This document shows positions 1 through 10,846 of a stretch of 64,000 nucleotides of DNA, one piece after another. How positions within the stretch are numbered: the first letter of the stretch is position 1; the number at the start of each line of letters is the position of its first letter. The DNA comes from Paraspadella gotoi (taxonomy: Eukaryota > Animalia > Chaetognatha), in NCBI GenBank assembly GCA_051294375.1, contig CM119269.1, positions 23,107,497-23,171,496 on the forward strand, given 5' to 3'. Position numbers and translations under genes: made by a program. The notes below the pieces were generated by a model. The model saw nothing but the letters and a program-made list of their open reading frames with translations. It ran no database searches and was not told the DNA's origin.

Positions 1-496
1 TTTTTGAACTGCTTGTCCATTTTTGGGATCTTGAGCTATATGTAGAAGCTGCAGATGTAAATTTTTTAAAGCGCCGCGCTTAGTTTTCAGATTGATACAA
101 GGTGCTACAACACGAATTATTTGTTAATTTTTTTAAAAATATTGTATCATAACATATGACCCAGTTGATAGTCTAACAATTTAATCGAAATATATTCTTT
201 TTGAGTCCAAATAAGAACAAATTTGTTTGTTAACAAAAAATTTAATTTTTTATTTAATATTACATTAAATTGATTAAAATGTGTATTTTATACGTAGCAC
301 CCTGTATCTCTCTCGATCCTCCTCGCAGCCCAGAGATCTCTCTTTCTCTCCTGTCTGCCCGACGAATTTAACAAGTGTGACCTTTCCTTCTCTTACTCTA
401 ATGTACCTCTCTCTCTCTCTCTCTTAACCCTCCCTCCTACTAAAATACATCCTCCCCCTTTTCCCTCTCGGCCGACAATCCCCTTCCCAACTGTAG

Positions 497-688
497 TATC
501 TCGTACCACGGTGTCCGTTTGTCACGACCGGGACTACCGGTGCACCCGTTACGAGTCAGAAAACCGTTGCAGAGATTGGCCCAGATGGATGAGGGAGTAT
601 TGTCCCTCTACCTGTGGGTTTTGCTTTCCTGATCAGTCCCCCATACCGGGCTTGACTGACCTCGATAAGACGAAAAAGCATAAACATG
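497..688 (+). CDS. ShKT (ShK toxin-like) domain exon
   Basis: Flanked by ctgtag and G|gtgcgt. Encodes CHDRDYRCTRYESENRCRDWPRWMREYCPSTCGFC, the six-Cys ShKT pattern (CxDxxxxC...C...MxxxCxxTCxxC). Phase 1-1 exon. Confidence 0.88.
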
Positions 689-3600
689 GTGCGTTGCGAA
701 CCGGACCCTCCCTTGGCACACTGAGCATGAAATGTATTTTAAAAAAAGTTGTAATGGGGGTTTTGAATGTCTATAATGACACACCGGGTCCTTGACGTTT
801 TTATGTTCAGTTGTAATTGATGATTTTACTAACAAAAACAACGCACACTGGGTTTTTTTAAAATTTATGCAGTGTTGTAAAAGAATTGCGATATGTATTA
901 AATTAATAGTTTGAAGAGAGAACAATGTTTTGTTAATAAACAACGGTTTCTTTTTTTCATTTCAGTAGGAAAAAACAAATCGTTTTTTGTTAGCCAATGA
1001 TTTTTTCTTCAAATTTATAACCGCTATATAAAGCTTTCATACAAAGCTCATAGTTTAACAGAAGTTTACTGGGTGGTTGTGTTAGTTTAAAAAAAAAGCA
1101 AAACTGAATTTGTTTAGGTATTAACACCTTTTAGATATACCAATTTGGTTCTTATAACTAAATTCTTTTAATATGAATTTAAATTTTTATAAAACACAGG
1201 TTCTCACTCTTGTCTTCGCACTTTGGTTTCACAGTCGACATAAAAAAGTCACTTTTATGGGATTTCGTTGTTTCACGCACTGGCACCTTAATACAATTGA
1301 TTATATTAAATACTGTTACAGCAATAATCTAATTTTTTTTCCTTTTTTCCCCTACCCTTTTAAACCACCCTTCCCTTAAAACGTTGAAGGCGTTTCAAAA
1401 GTGCCACATAAATCGTCTTCAAAGGTAAAATTTATTTTCATACTCCCCCCAAAGTAGTGTATAGTAGTATAAAGTAGTAATAATGTATAAAAATTCATTT
1501 TATTGTAGCCAACAAAGCCCGACCCTACGAAATTCATCACTCGTTATGACGGGGATAGAAACGTAAGTTTTTAGTCAAATGTAAATTTTTAGATATAAAT
1601 TTTTCTTATCCATAAATATTAAATATTCTTAATTTTTTTCTATAAATTGTTTGTATTATTTGTTTTTTTTTTGTTTTTTTTTTTTATAAAAAAAACTTTT
1701 CTTCTCTGAATCGTAAAAAAAGGGGGAACGTCCTCTTAAAACCCTCCATTCTCCGAAGCCCCCTACGAAAATTCCCTCAACCACCGACCCAGTTGTAACT
1801 TCCCCCGTGACATCGTGGGGAGATGATTTTTCTATGGAAGACAATGAAAATGTTAAGGGGGAAACAGCTGATTCCGATTTTGATCGAACTGAGGTAGAAA
1901 ATGGCGAGATTTAAATTTGGCAGATTTAGAAGTTGATTTTTGGCGTTATTGCACATTAACCGACTTGAAACTTTTTTATGAACGATAAATTTCATTTAAT
2001 ATTTTGTACCATTTTGATAGAATATCACTGAGTTTGGGGTAGAAAGGGCACAAGGGTACATATTACGAAATGGTCGAGGGAAGAAGGGTTTGAGTATTAA
2101 AGTAGTTGGTTTAACGTTTAGGATGATTAGGAGTGGATAGCTTTTGGGTTGAAAGGCTTGGTGTATGTTATGTTAGGTTTTGGGTAAAACATTTTTCAAA
2201 ATATTAGCTACAATAAAAGTTTTGGTTTATAATAGTGCAATTTTGCCAAATTTTCAAGACTTGATGTGCGCAAATCGAGATTTAACTTAAAAAGACAGAA
2301 TAAAAGCTTTTTTGTTTTTTTTTAATGTAAAATGTGGAAGGCAGACCCTTCTGTATTTTACATCTCTGGATAATAATATCGATTATTCGAATGTTTAGCA
2401 AACTGGAACTATAATTACCACTAAACAATTAAAAAAGATCTCACATTGTAAATTTACCAAGCTGTAAGTTAGACGTTCGGAGTTTTTGTAGATTAGATTT
2501 AAAATATCAAACTTTGTTTATTATAATTTAATTGAATATCTCCTCAGTCGAATTTTGACGACAACACGAATAAAATTCATCATGACGGGAAGACCGCCTA
2601 CGATAGAGAAAACGGTGAGCGATCCATTTTTTTCTTTTGACTTTTGTTTTTTTGTGTTTTGTCAATTTCGATTCATTCAAACTGTTTAAGATTATATGTT
2701 AAATTGTTTGAGATTTTAAGCCCGTGACTTGTAATGTTTGTATGGGCGGTGCAAAAGCATAAAATGTAAATATAGTACTGTATAATTTTAGTGTACTGTT
2801 GGTGACGGAATGATTTTAACTTGTTGAAAATCTATTTAAACGAAGTTTTAAAAAGTCCAAAATTTTTTTTTATTAATTTCGAAACCATTATTAACAAATC
2901 CAATAATAAAAAGAATTAAAAAAAAAAGACATGGATTAATTTATTTTAATTTGAAGTCAATATTAATTACGTAAATTGTTCTCTTTTTTTAAACAGAATA
3001 TGATCGTAACGAAATCCCTAGTATAGGAAAAGCCGTCATGGGCCCGAAGCATCAGCATCATGGTGGAAGTTTATGGACGCAGCCGGGCATCTTAGCAGGT
3101 GATCGGTGATTGGCTGGTGATTAATCACTTGCCAGGGTTCTTGAGTTAATTGGTTTTCTTTTTCATATGCATGAAGCTGTTTTTTTATTTTTTTTTTTTT
3201 TAATAAAAAGCCAGTCAAAATAAAAGACCTTAATGCGGTTTTATTTTAATAATACTGTATCTACTTTCTTACACAAAACAAAATTTTCACTCTTTCATGA
3301 CTTTGGCAATTTGATGTCGCTGCTTAAAAAAAAATACAGTGTGTAAGTCAAAAAAAAGTCAATTTTTTCTTTTTCCGGGTTTCTTGCGAATAGTACCGTA
3401 GTTGTAGGGCAAATGATTTCCTTGATCATTAAAAAAATCATTGATTTGCACAAAATTAATATTGTAATATTTCGACAATCAAAGTCTACTACAAATTGAA
3501 GGCCTTTACATTTAATGTAATATTAATTTTCACTTTGGTCAGGGTCGTCAGTTTTTAAATATTTGGGTAATTTAAAAACTTGAATTGTCGAAATTGCTGT

Positions 3601-5719
3601 GTAATCTGACAAAGATCTACAATGTTTAGGGAGGAAATGTACCCTTCATTTCGTATATGGTCCTTTTTATTCATTCAAAATAAGTTTTCCAAAATTTCTT
3701 TTGAAAAATGAGGGTTTTTTTTTTTTATTAAGAAAAAGGTTCTTTTTAAGCATGTCGTGGTACATGGCTCCGGAGGGTAAAATCCCATTTTGATGGGCAA
3801 TAGATGGTAATAGTTTTATAATTTAAGGGAATATTATGTGATATATTCTGCATTTATTATTACTTTCTGTAACAGAAATTGATTTTGAATCTCCATTGTT
3901 TTAAATGGCGGGGAAGATAGGGAAAGTATGAGAAAAATTTAAGAAAAGAGAGGGAGAGAAAGAAAGAAAATAAAGAGGGAGAAAGATACAGATACACAAA
4001 AAGAGAAGTGTTACTAACCAATTGTTAAGTCTATTTTTTTTCAGTAGTCAAAAAAAAAAAAAATAAAATAGTTGAAGTTTATAAGGAAAGTAACTGACAT
4101 TTGAAACTGACACTTCATACTTCACAATTCTATTAAATTAATTGTGATATCAAGGTTTTCAATGTCGTTTTTAAAAGCTAGTGCATTTTCAAACAACGAA
4201 TTTCACTTAATGGTTCCTTTATTCGAGGTAATAATATCCATTTATTGTGAGAATAATAGTTAAATTTTTTGAATGATAGATATGTAATCGAGTTGAGATT
4301 AAGGTCATAGAAACTTGTAACGTCATTGGTTAGGATACCTCATCTTTAATCTTTAGTACAAAAAAAATATAATTTTATATATTTTAAACCGACTCCCTTC
4401 CCTGCTTTGCCCTCATAGCTTAAATCAATATGCAGAACCCTCCTAAAATTGTAAAATATCAATTAAACGTAATTCAACGTATAGACCCGTTAGACGTAAC
4501 CTCGATTTTATTCTCGATTAACATCGGTAGACCTTGATTCCATAATCCTGCATAATTTGCTGTGCGGAATGTTTTCATTTACATTTAATTATTAAAATAA
4601 AAAAACAATCTACAAACCGAATATGAAATTTAACTTGTTGCGTTAGTTTGATCTTATTTCCCCCCCTGCAAAAATTGTTTAACAAAATTAATTAAATTCG
4701 CGTGTGCTAAATGTGTGACAATTAATTTACGAATCGCTCGTCTGTTTGGTTACTGATTTTTTTAATTCAGAATTAAAAATAAATTAGATATTAAAAATTT
4801 TAAAAATAGCATCTCTTTTATTAAAGACTTATTAATTAAAATTTTTTAAAAAGATCTATCCCGCTCCCCAACTATATTTTTGTTTTAGTTTTTTTCTTTT
4901 GTCTTTTGTTTATTTTTTTTTTGGTTTTTCGATTCAGCCGTCATCGGCGCTGCGGTCGTGGGATTGCTCTGCGCCGTCCTTCTTGTCATGTTCATCGTTT
5001 ATCGAATGAGAAAGAAGGACGAAGGTGAGATGGGAACCGGTTGGGGATGGGAACTGGTTGGGAATGGGAGCTGGTTGGGGATGGAAACTGATTGGGTATG
5101 GGAGTGGTTTGGGGATAGGAACTGATTGGGGATGGGAAACATGGTTATGGCTTATGGAACTGGTTGGATGGGAACTGTTTGGGGATGGGAAACTGGTTGG
5201 GATGGGAATGGTTGGGGATGGGAGCTGGTTGGGGATGGAAACTGATTGGGGATGGAAACTTGTTGGGAATGGAGCTTGTTGGGATAGGAACTGATTGGGG
5301 ATGGAAACTGGTTGGTATGGGAACTGTTGGGGATGGGAACTGATTAGGAAGGGGAATCTGGTTGGGGATGGGAACTGTTGGGTAATGGGAACTGTTGGGG
5401 ATGGGGAACTGATGGAGATGGGGAACTGGTTGGTTATGGGAACTGGTTGGGTATGGGAACTGGTTGGGGTAGGGAACTGTTGGGGATGGGAACTGGATTG
5501 GGGATGGGAACTGGTTGGGGATGGGAAACTGTAGTCAAACAAACATTTTCATTGGGATGTCCAAAAAAAATACCCTCGATTCAGACGCTGGTTCCGTTTT
5601 CCGTAACCAATTTTCCTATCAATTCTTGTTAAGGCTCCTACGATTTGGACGAAACGACGAAACGGTCGCCGCGAATCAACGGTTATCAGAGGACGAATCA
5701 ACACGAGTTTTACGCGTGA
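497..5719 (+). CDS. Sdc: Syndecan (transmembrane proteoglycan core protein), 5'-partial, probably including an ShKT exon
   Basis: Firm exons 2997-3098, 4938-5024 and 5634-5719 splice (GT-AG, phase 1) to ...SLWTQPGILAAVIGAAVVGLLCAVLLVMFIVYRMRKKDEGSYDLDETTKRSPRINGYQRTNQHEFYA*. This gives the syndecan TM segment, C1 motif (RMRKKDEGSY) and C-terminal EFYA PDZ ligand. Phase-compatible upstream exons are 2548-2614, 1723-1893, 1509-1562, 1390-1424 and 497-688 (less certain). No start codon or signal peptide lies in the window. Confidence 0.92.
5025..5530. repeat. G-rich ~17-bp minisatellite (GGGGATGGGAACTGGTT)n in the last syndecan intron
   Basis: Degenerate tandem units are directly visible. It is the source of the spurious G/W-rich and P/S-rich ORFs here. 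Confidence 0.9.
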
Positions 5720-6307
5720 GAGAGACGACGATGACGACGACGATAATGTAGACGAAGACGACGACGATGAGGACGACGACGACGATAAAGACAACGACTC
5801 CAGCGCCACCACTTAAACTTTCAAACTTCTTCCCTCCAAAACGGATTTAAAAACAAAAAACAAAACAAAAACTCAGTTCCGTTCTTCCTCATCCCTTTTC
5901 CGCAGTTCCCTCCCTCCTTGATCCTCTTCCTCCCTCCCTCGCCCCCCCAGGTCTGTCTCCCCCCGCCCCCCAAAAAAAAATATTTCCCTCCCCATCATCC
6001 ATCTTTCTCATTCCTCTTCTCTTTGCGTCTTAAGGGAAAATAAATTAATTTCTGAGACGCGATTTTCTCTTTGATCAGAGATTCTTTGCTTGTCCCGCCG
6101 CTGTTCTCTCTGCTTATCTCCCCCTCCACTGTTTGTCCCTCTCTCTCTGCTTGTCCATCTTCTCTGCTTGTCCCTCTCTCTCTGCTTGTCTCTCTCTTTA
6201 GCCCTTCATCCTTATTTCTAGAAAGAATATGCTCCTTCCTTAATCCTCTCTCCCTCTTCTTTCTCCCTCTTCCCCTTGAATCCTTTTACCCCCCTCTTCT
6301 CTACATG

Positions 6308-6363
<56 letters not shown>

Positions 6364-6690
6364 TCTCAACCCTTTTCTCTCTCTCTCTCAACCCTTTCTC
6401 TCTCTCTCTCAACCCTTTCTCTCTCTCATTAAAATTCAGCTACATTTTCTCATTTTTTTTTTTGGTTTGGATTCAAAACACTTAGTACTTATTTTACAAT
6501 ATTTTACATTTTGTTTTAAAACGGCTAAAAAAACCATCGCGCATCCGAAAAAGAGGCGATTTTAATTTTATCTCTACATTTGGTTCGTTAGAACCGAAAT
6601 TTTGTTCTTTAAAACCGAACGAGGTTGAAAAATGTTCATTCTCTGATAACGAAATTTCGAGAGGCGTTTAAACCGATTTCGCTCATCTCT

Positions 6691-7540
6691 CGGGAACTGG
6701 TTGGTTATGGAACTTGGTATGGGAGGTTGGTGGACTGTTGGGGATGGGAACTGGTTGGGGATGGGAAACTGTAGTCAAACAAACATTTTCATTGGGAGTC
6801 CAAAAAAAAATACCCTCGATTCAGACGCTGGTTCCGTTTTTCCGTAACCAATTTTCCTATCAATTCTTGTTAAGGGCTCCTACGATTTGGACGAACGACG
6901 AAACGGTCGCCGGCGAATCAACGGTTATCAGAGGACGAATCAACACGAGTTTTACGCGTGAGAGAGACGACGATGACGACGACGATAATGTAGACGAAGA
7001 CGACGACGATGAGGACGACGACGACGATAAAGACAACGACTCCAGCGCCACCACTTAAACTTTCAAACTTCTTCCCTCCAAAACGGATTTAAAAACAAAA
7101 AACAAAACAAAAACTCAGTTCCGTTCTTCCTCATCCCTTCCGAGTTCCCTCCCTCCTTGACTCCTCTCTCCTCCCTGCCTTCCTCCCCCCAGGTCATGTC
7201 TCCCCCCGCCCCCCCCAAAAAAAAATATTTCCCTCCCCATCATCCATCTTTCTCATTCCTCTTCTCTTTGCTCTTAAGGGAAAATAAATTAATTTCTGAG
7301 ACGCGATTTTCTCTCTTTGATCAGAGATTCTTTGCTTGTCCCCCCATTTCTCTCTGCTTATCTCCCCCTCCACTGTCTTGTCCCTCTCTCTCTGCTTGTC
7401 CATCTCTCTCTGCTTGTCCCTCTCTCTCTGCTGTGTCTCTCTCTTTAGCCCTTCATCCTTACTGTTTAGAAAGAATATGCTCCTTCCTTAATCTCTCTCT
7501 CCCTCTTCTTTCTCCCTCTTCCCCTTGAATCCCTTTTACC

Positions 7541-7600
<60 letters not shown>

Positions 7601-7943
7601 CTCTCTCTTCTCAACCCTTTCTCTCTCTCTCTCTCAACCCTTTCTCTCTCTCTCTCAACCCTTTCTCTCTCTCATTAAAATTCCAGCTACATTTTCTCAT
7701 TTTTTTTTTTGGTTTGGATTCAAAACACTTAGTACTTATTTTACAATATTTTACATTTTGTTTTAAAACGGCTAAAAAAACCATCGGCGCATCCGAAAAA
7801 GAGGCGATTTTAATTTTATCTCTACATTTGGTTCGTTAGAACCGAAATTTTTGTTCTTTTAAAACCGAACGAGGTTGAAAAATGTTCATTCTCTGATAAC
7901 GAAATTTCGAGAGGCGTTTAAACCGATTTCTGCTCATCTCTCT

Positions 7944-7945
<2 letters not shown>
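6691..7945 (+). other. Near-identical second copy of ~5430-6690 (syndecan last exon and 3' UTR), likely an assembly duplication
   Basis: Co-linear copy differing almost only by 1-nt indels (e.g. taagggctcc vs taaggctcc; gacgaacg vs gacgaaacg), which break the EFYA reading frame. Confidence 0.8.
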
Positions 7946-8018
<73 letters not shown>

Positions 8019-8083
8019 GTTATATATTTTTTTTTTCGCCTTACCTTATTCTGTCTTTTTTGTTCGACCTGAACATACCGGTT

Positions 8084-8140
<57 letters not shown>

Positions 8141-8632
8141 TCTCTCTCTCTCTGTTCACATTTACCCATCATTCCCCCTAAAAAAAAAGAAATAAACTGT
8201 CTCCGCCCCGACGTTCTCATCATTTTCCAAAAANNNNNNNNNNNNNNNNNNNNNNNNNAAAAATGTAGTTTTAAAAAAAATCTTTCCATCAAAAACCGTT
8301 TGTTTGTTTAGTAAATAACATTTCGTGTAGTTTTGTTATTTTTATCCGTCGCTTTTCAATTAAGTTCAAATCTTAAATGAAACTAGTTATTAAATACTTG
8401 AGAAATTGTGGACATTGAAAATAATTTTATTTTTAAATAATAAGTTTATATTTTTAAAATATACCCCAAAAAACTGCCCATATTCAAAATGAGAAATGAA
8501 TTATTTTTTTTATTTAATCCGCCCATCAGTTTTAGAACGCAACATTTGAACTAAATTATAAATTTTATACATTTATAAGTATAAAAAATTCAAGATTTGA
8601 ACTTTGAACAAAAGCGAAAGTGCAATGAATCA

Positions 8633-8686
<54 letters not shown>

Positions 8687-10232
8687 GTACCTGTGATTTT
8701 TTCCCCATCGTGCAGCTTTTTTTAATGCATCGTTTATTTACTTAATAACAAACAAAAAACTTTTTCCAGTTTTAAATGCTTTGTATCTTCGGTCCGTAGG
8801 TCCGTATATACGTACGAAAACCCGTACGTATGTATACACAATTATATTTAAAAAGTGATTGTAGAAAAGAATGTTTTGTCTATTGAATGCATTTTTCTGT
8901 TACTTGGAAAATGAAAAAAAACAAAAGAGACTCCGACATGCAATTACAACTTTTTGCCTCAGTTTGATTTATTAAAAAAGGCACTCTTTTTGCAAAAGCG
9001 ACCGATTTCAATTAGAATTAAAGAATTTCTTAAAAATTAGGGTTAAAAATGAAAATTTTGAATTAAAAAAATATTAATATTAAATTGACGTATTAGGAAA
9101 CAAAGTTGGGCGCTTTTGGAAAATGGTATCAAAAAATATTCCTTGTTCATTTTGTTGTCTCATTCTTTTCCCCTTATTTAGGTAATGCAATATTACGTTC
9201 CTATTAATTTTAATTCTTTCACATGTCAAGAATAAAAATGTCGATTAGTTTAATTTTTTTTAGTTTGTAAAGTTTAAAATTGAAAAAAAAAATATTTCAG
9301 TTCTGCTAATAAGTTCTGAACGCGTTTTCCAGAATTAAAAGTAGTGTAAAATGTCTGTAAATTGGTTTAGCATGATGTATTATATTCATAAAGCATATAT
9401 ACGTTTTTGTTGAATGCATAAAATAAAAGAATTTATGCAAATTTTTTGAGTATCTGCGACGTTGTGTGTTGATAATTTGCCATAATTTCAGAGACAAAAA
9501 AAACAAAATTAATAAATTATCTCGCCTGTAGATTTCTCTCTTTTTTTCAAAACAAATTGGTCAAACTTCTTTTTAACGACAATCCTGTTTTTTATTTGTT
9601 ACTTATGATTTTTTTTTTTAAATAGAAGTGATTATATGAAAACTGGTTTATTATTGATTATGACAATTGATTTACAGAGTTCAGTTGATTTTACTGCTGC
9701 ACAGTTAATTTCATATTTTGAATACCGCATTATTTCAAAAGGGTAGGGTAAGTAATATTTTAATTAGCCTCCAATTTAGTAATTAACTTTCATTCAAATT
9801 TTGTCTCTCTAAATATTCTTAGTCTCAAAGTTTAATATCTTGTAGATTCTCAGAGCTCGGCTCATACTTTGTAAACATTTAGTGAATTAGATAAACAAAG
9901 GAAGAGAGACGGGAAGGAGGCAGAGAATTAAGTGCATTCCATTTTTAGATCTCAAGGGATTAAGACACACTATTTTATCATGGTTTAAAATTACATTTAC
10001 AACTGGGGCAAATCTACAATTATTTCAGGTAACTTCAAAAACTAATTAGACAGACTATGCATAGTTCAGCTCTCTATCCGTCATCTATTGAGGGCCAAAG
10101 ACCACGTTACCAACATTAGGGTAAGGGTTCGTTGAGTTTAAACTAAAGTATTTCTCATTCGGCTTAATTTTTTTAGAATTTTGTTTAACAAAGTTTAATT
10201 TTATTTTTGCAACGAATTTTATTGTTACAAGA

Positions 10233-10273
10233 GCAGACATGTTTCGGCTCACAGTACGAGCCTTCATCAGCGC
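10233..10273 (-). ncRNA. Minimal type I hammerhead ribozyme (Penelope-like-element type)
   Basis: Minus strand reads gcg-CUGAUGA-a-GGCUC-guacugu-GAGCC-GAAA-CAUG-UC-ugc. It has an intact core, a 5-bp stem II, a palindromic ACAUGU stem III, a GUC cleavage triplet and a 3-bp stem I. Confidence 0.75.
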
Positions 10274-10846
10274 ATATGAGTTGTGAGGTTGAATTTTGTT
10301 AAAATTTGAGTTGGAAAAAACTTTTTTCATTGATAAAAGATCATTTTCTTTTTTTGGGAATTTATTTTCTGACCATCATAAATTTGGGTGTTTTATTTAT
10401 GGTTATAAATTTATAAATTTGGGTTTAATTTATGATTTTTCCCCATCCATATATTTCTTTGGACAGACTTTGGTGGTTTAAGGCCTCCATCACTCTTACA
10501 AGATATTAACATAGCAATTCCAGCAAAGCTTTCAATCCAGACTCTCTGATTGGTTTGTTCACTCCCTAAGTATATTTTGTTTCATATTTAAATTAAGTTT
10601 ACTTAAGATTGATACTAGTTAAAACTTAAAAGCAATTTTTATCTTCTTCGAATATTAATTAATATAATTATGTTGACAGATGAGGAGCAGATAAGCGTAA
10701 TTTATTTTCTTAAAATTCAAATTCATTGAGACGAATGAAATTTTAAAAATAATACAACAATAGCAACTGATATTTCAACGTATTTTAATCAAGTCTAGCG
10801 CGAGATCCGAATGTCAAACGACAGTTATATTTAATAAACAATACAT

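Noticed and set aside
6691-7945. Duplicated syndecan terminal exon as alternative cytoplasmic tails
   Set aside because: The copies differ almost only by single-base indels typical of unpolished long reads, and the second copy is out of frame. Most likely an assembly artefact; read depth would settle it.
4934-8311. Numerous ORFs rich in SL/ER/GW/PS/D
   Set aside because: Translations of (CT)n, (GA)n, (GAC)n and minisatellite tracts. The same applies to similar ORFs at 44873-45167, 47413-47932 and 54551-56462.
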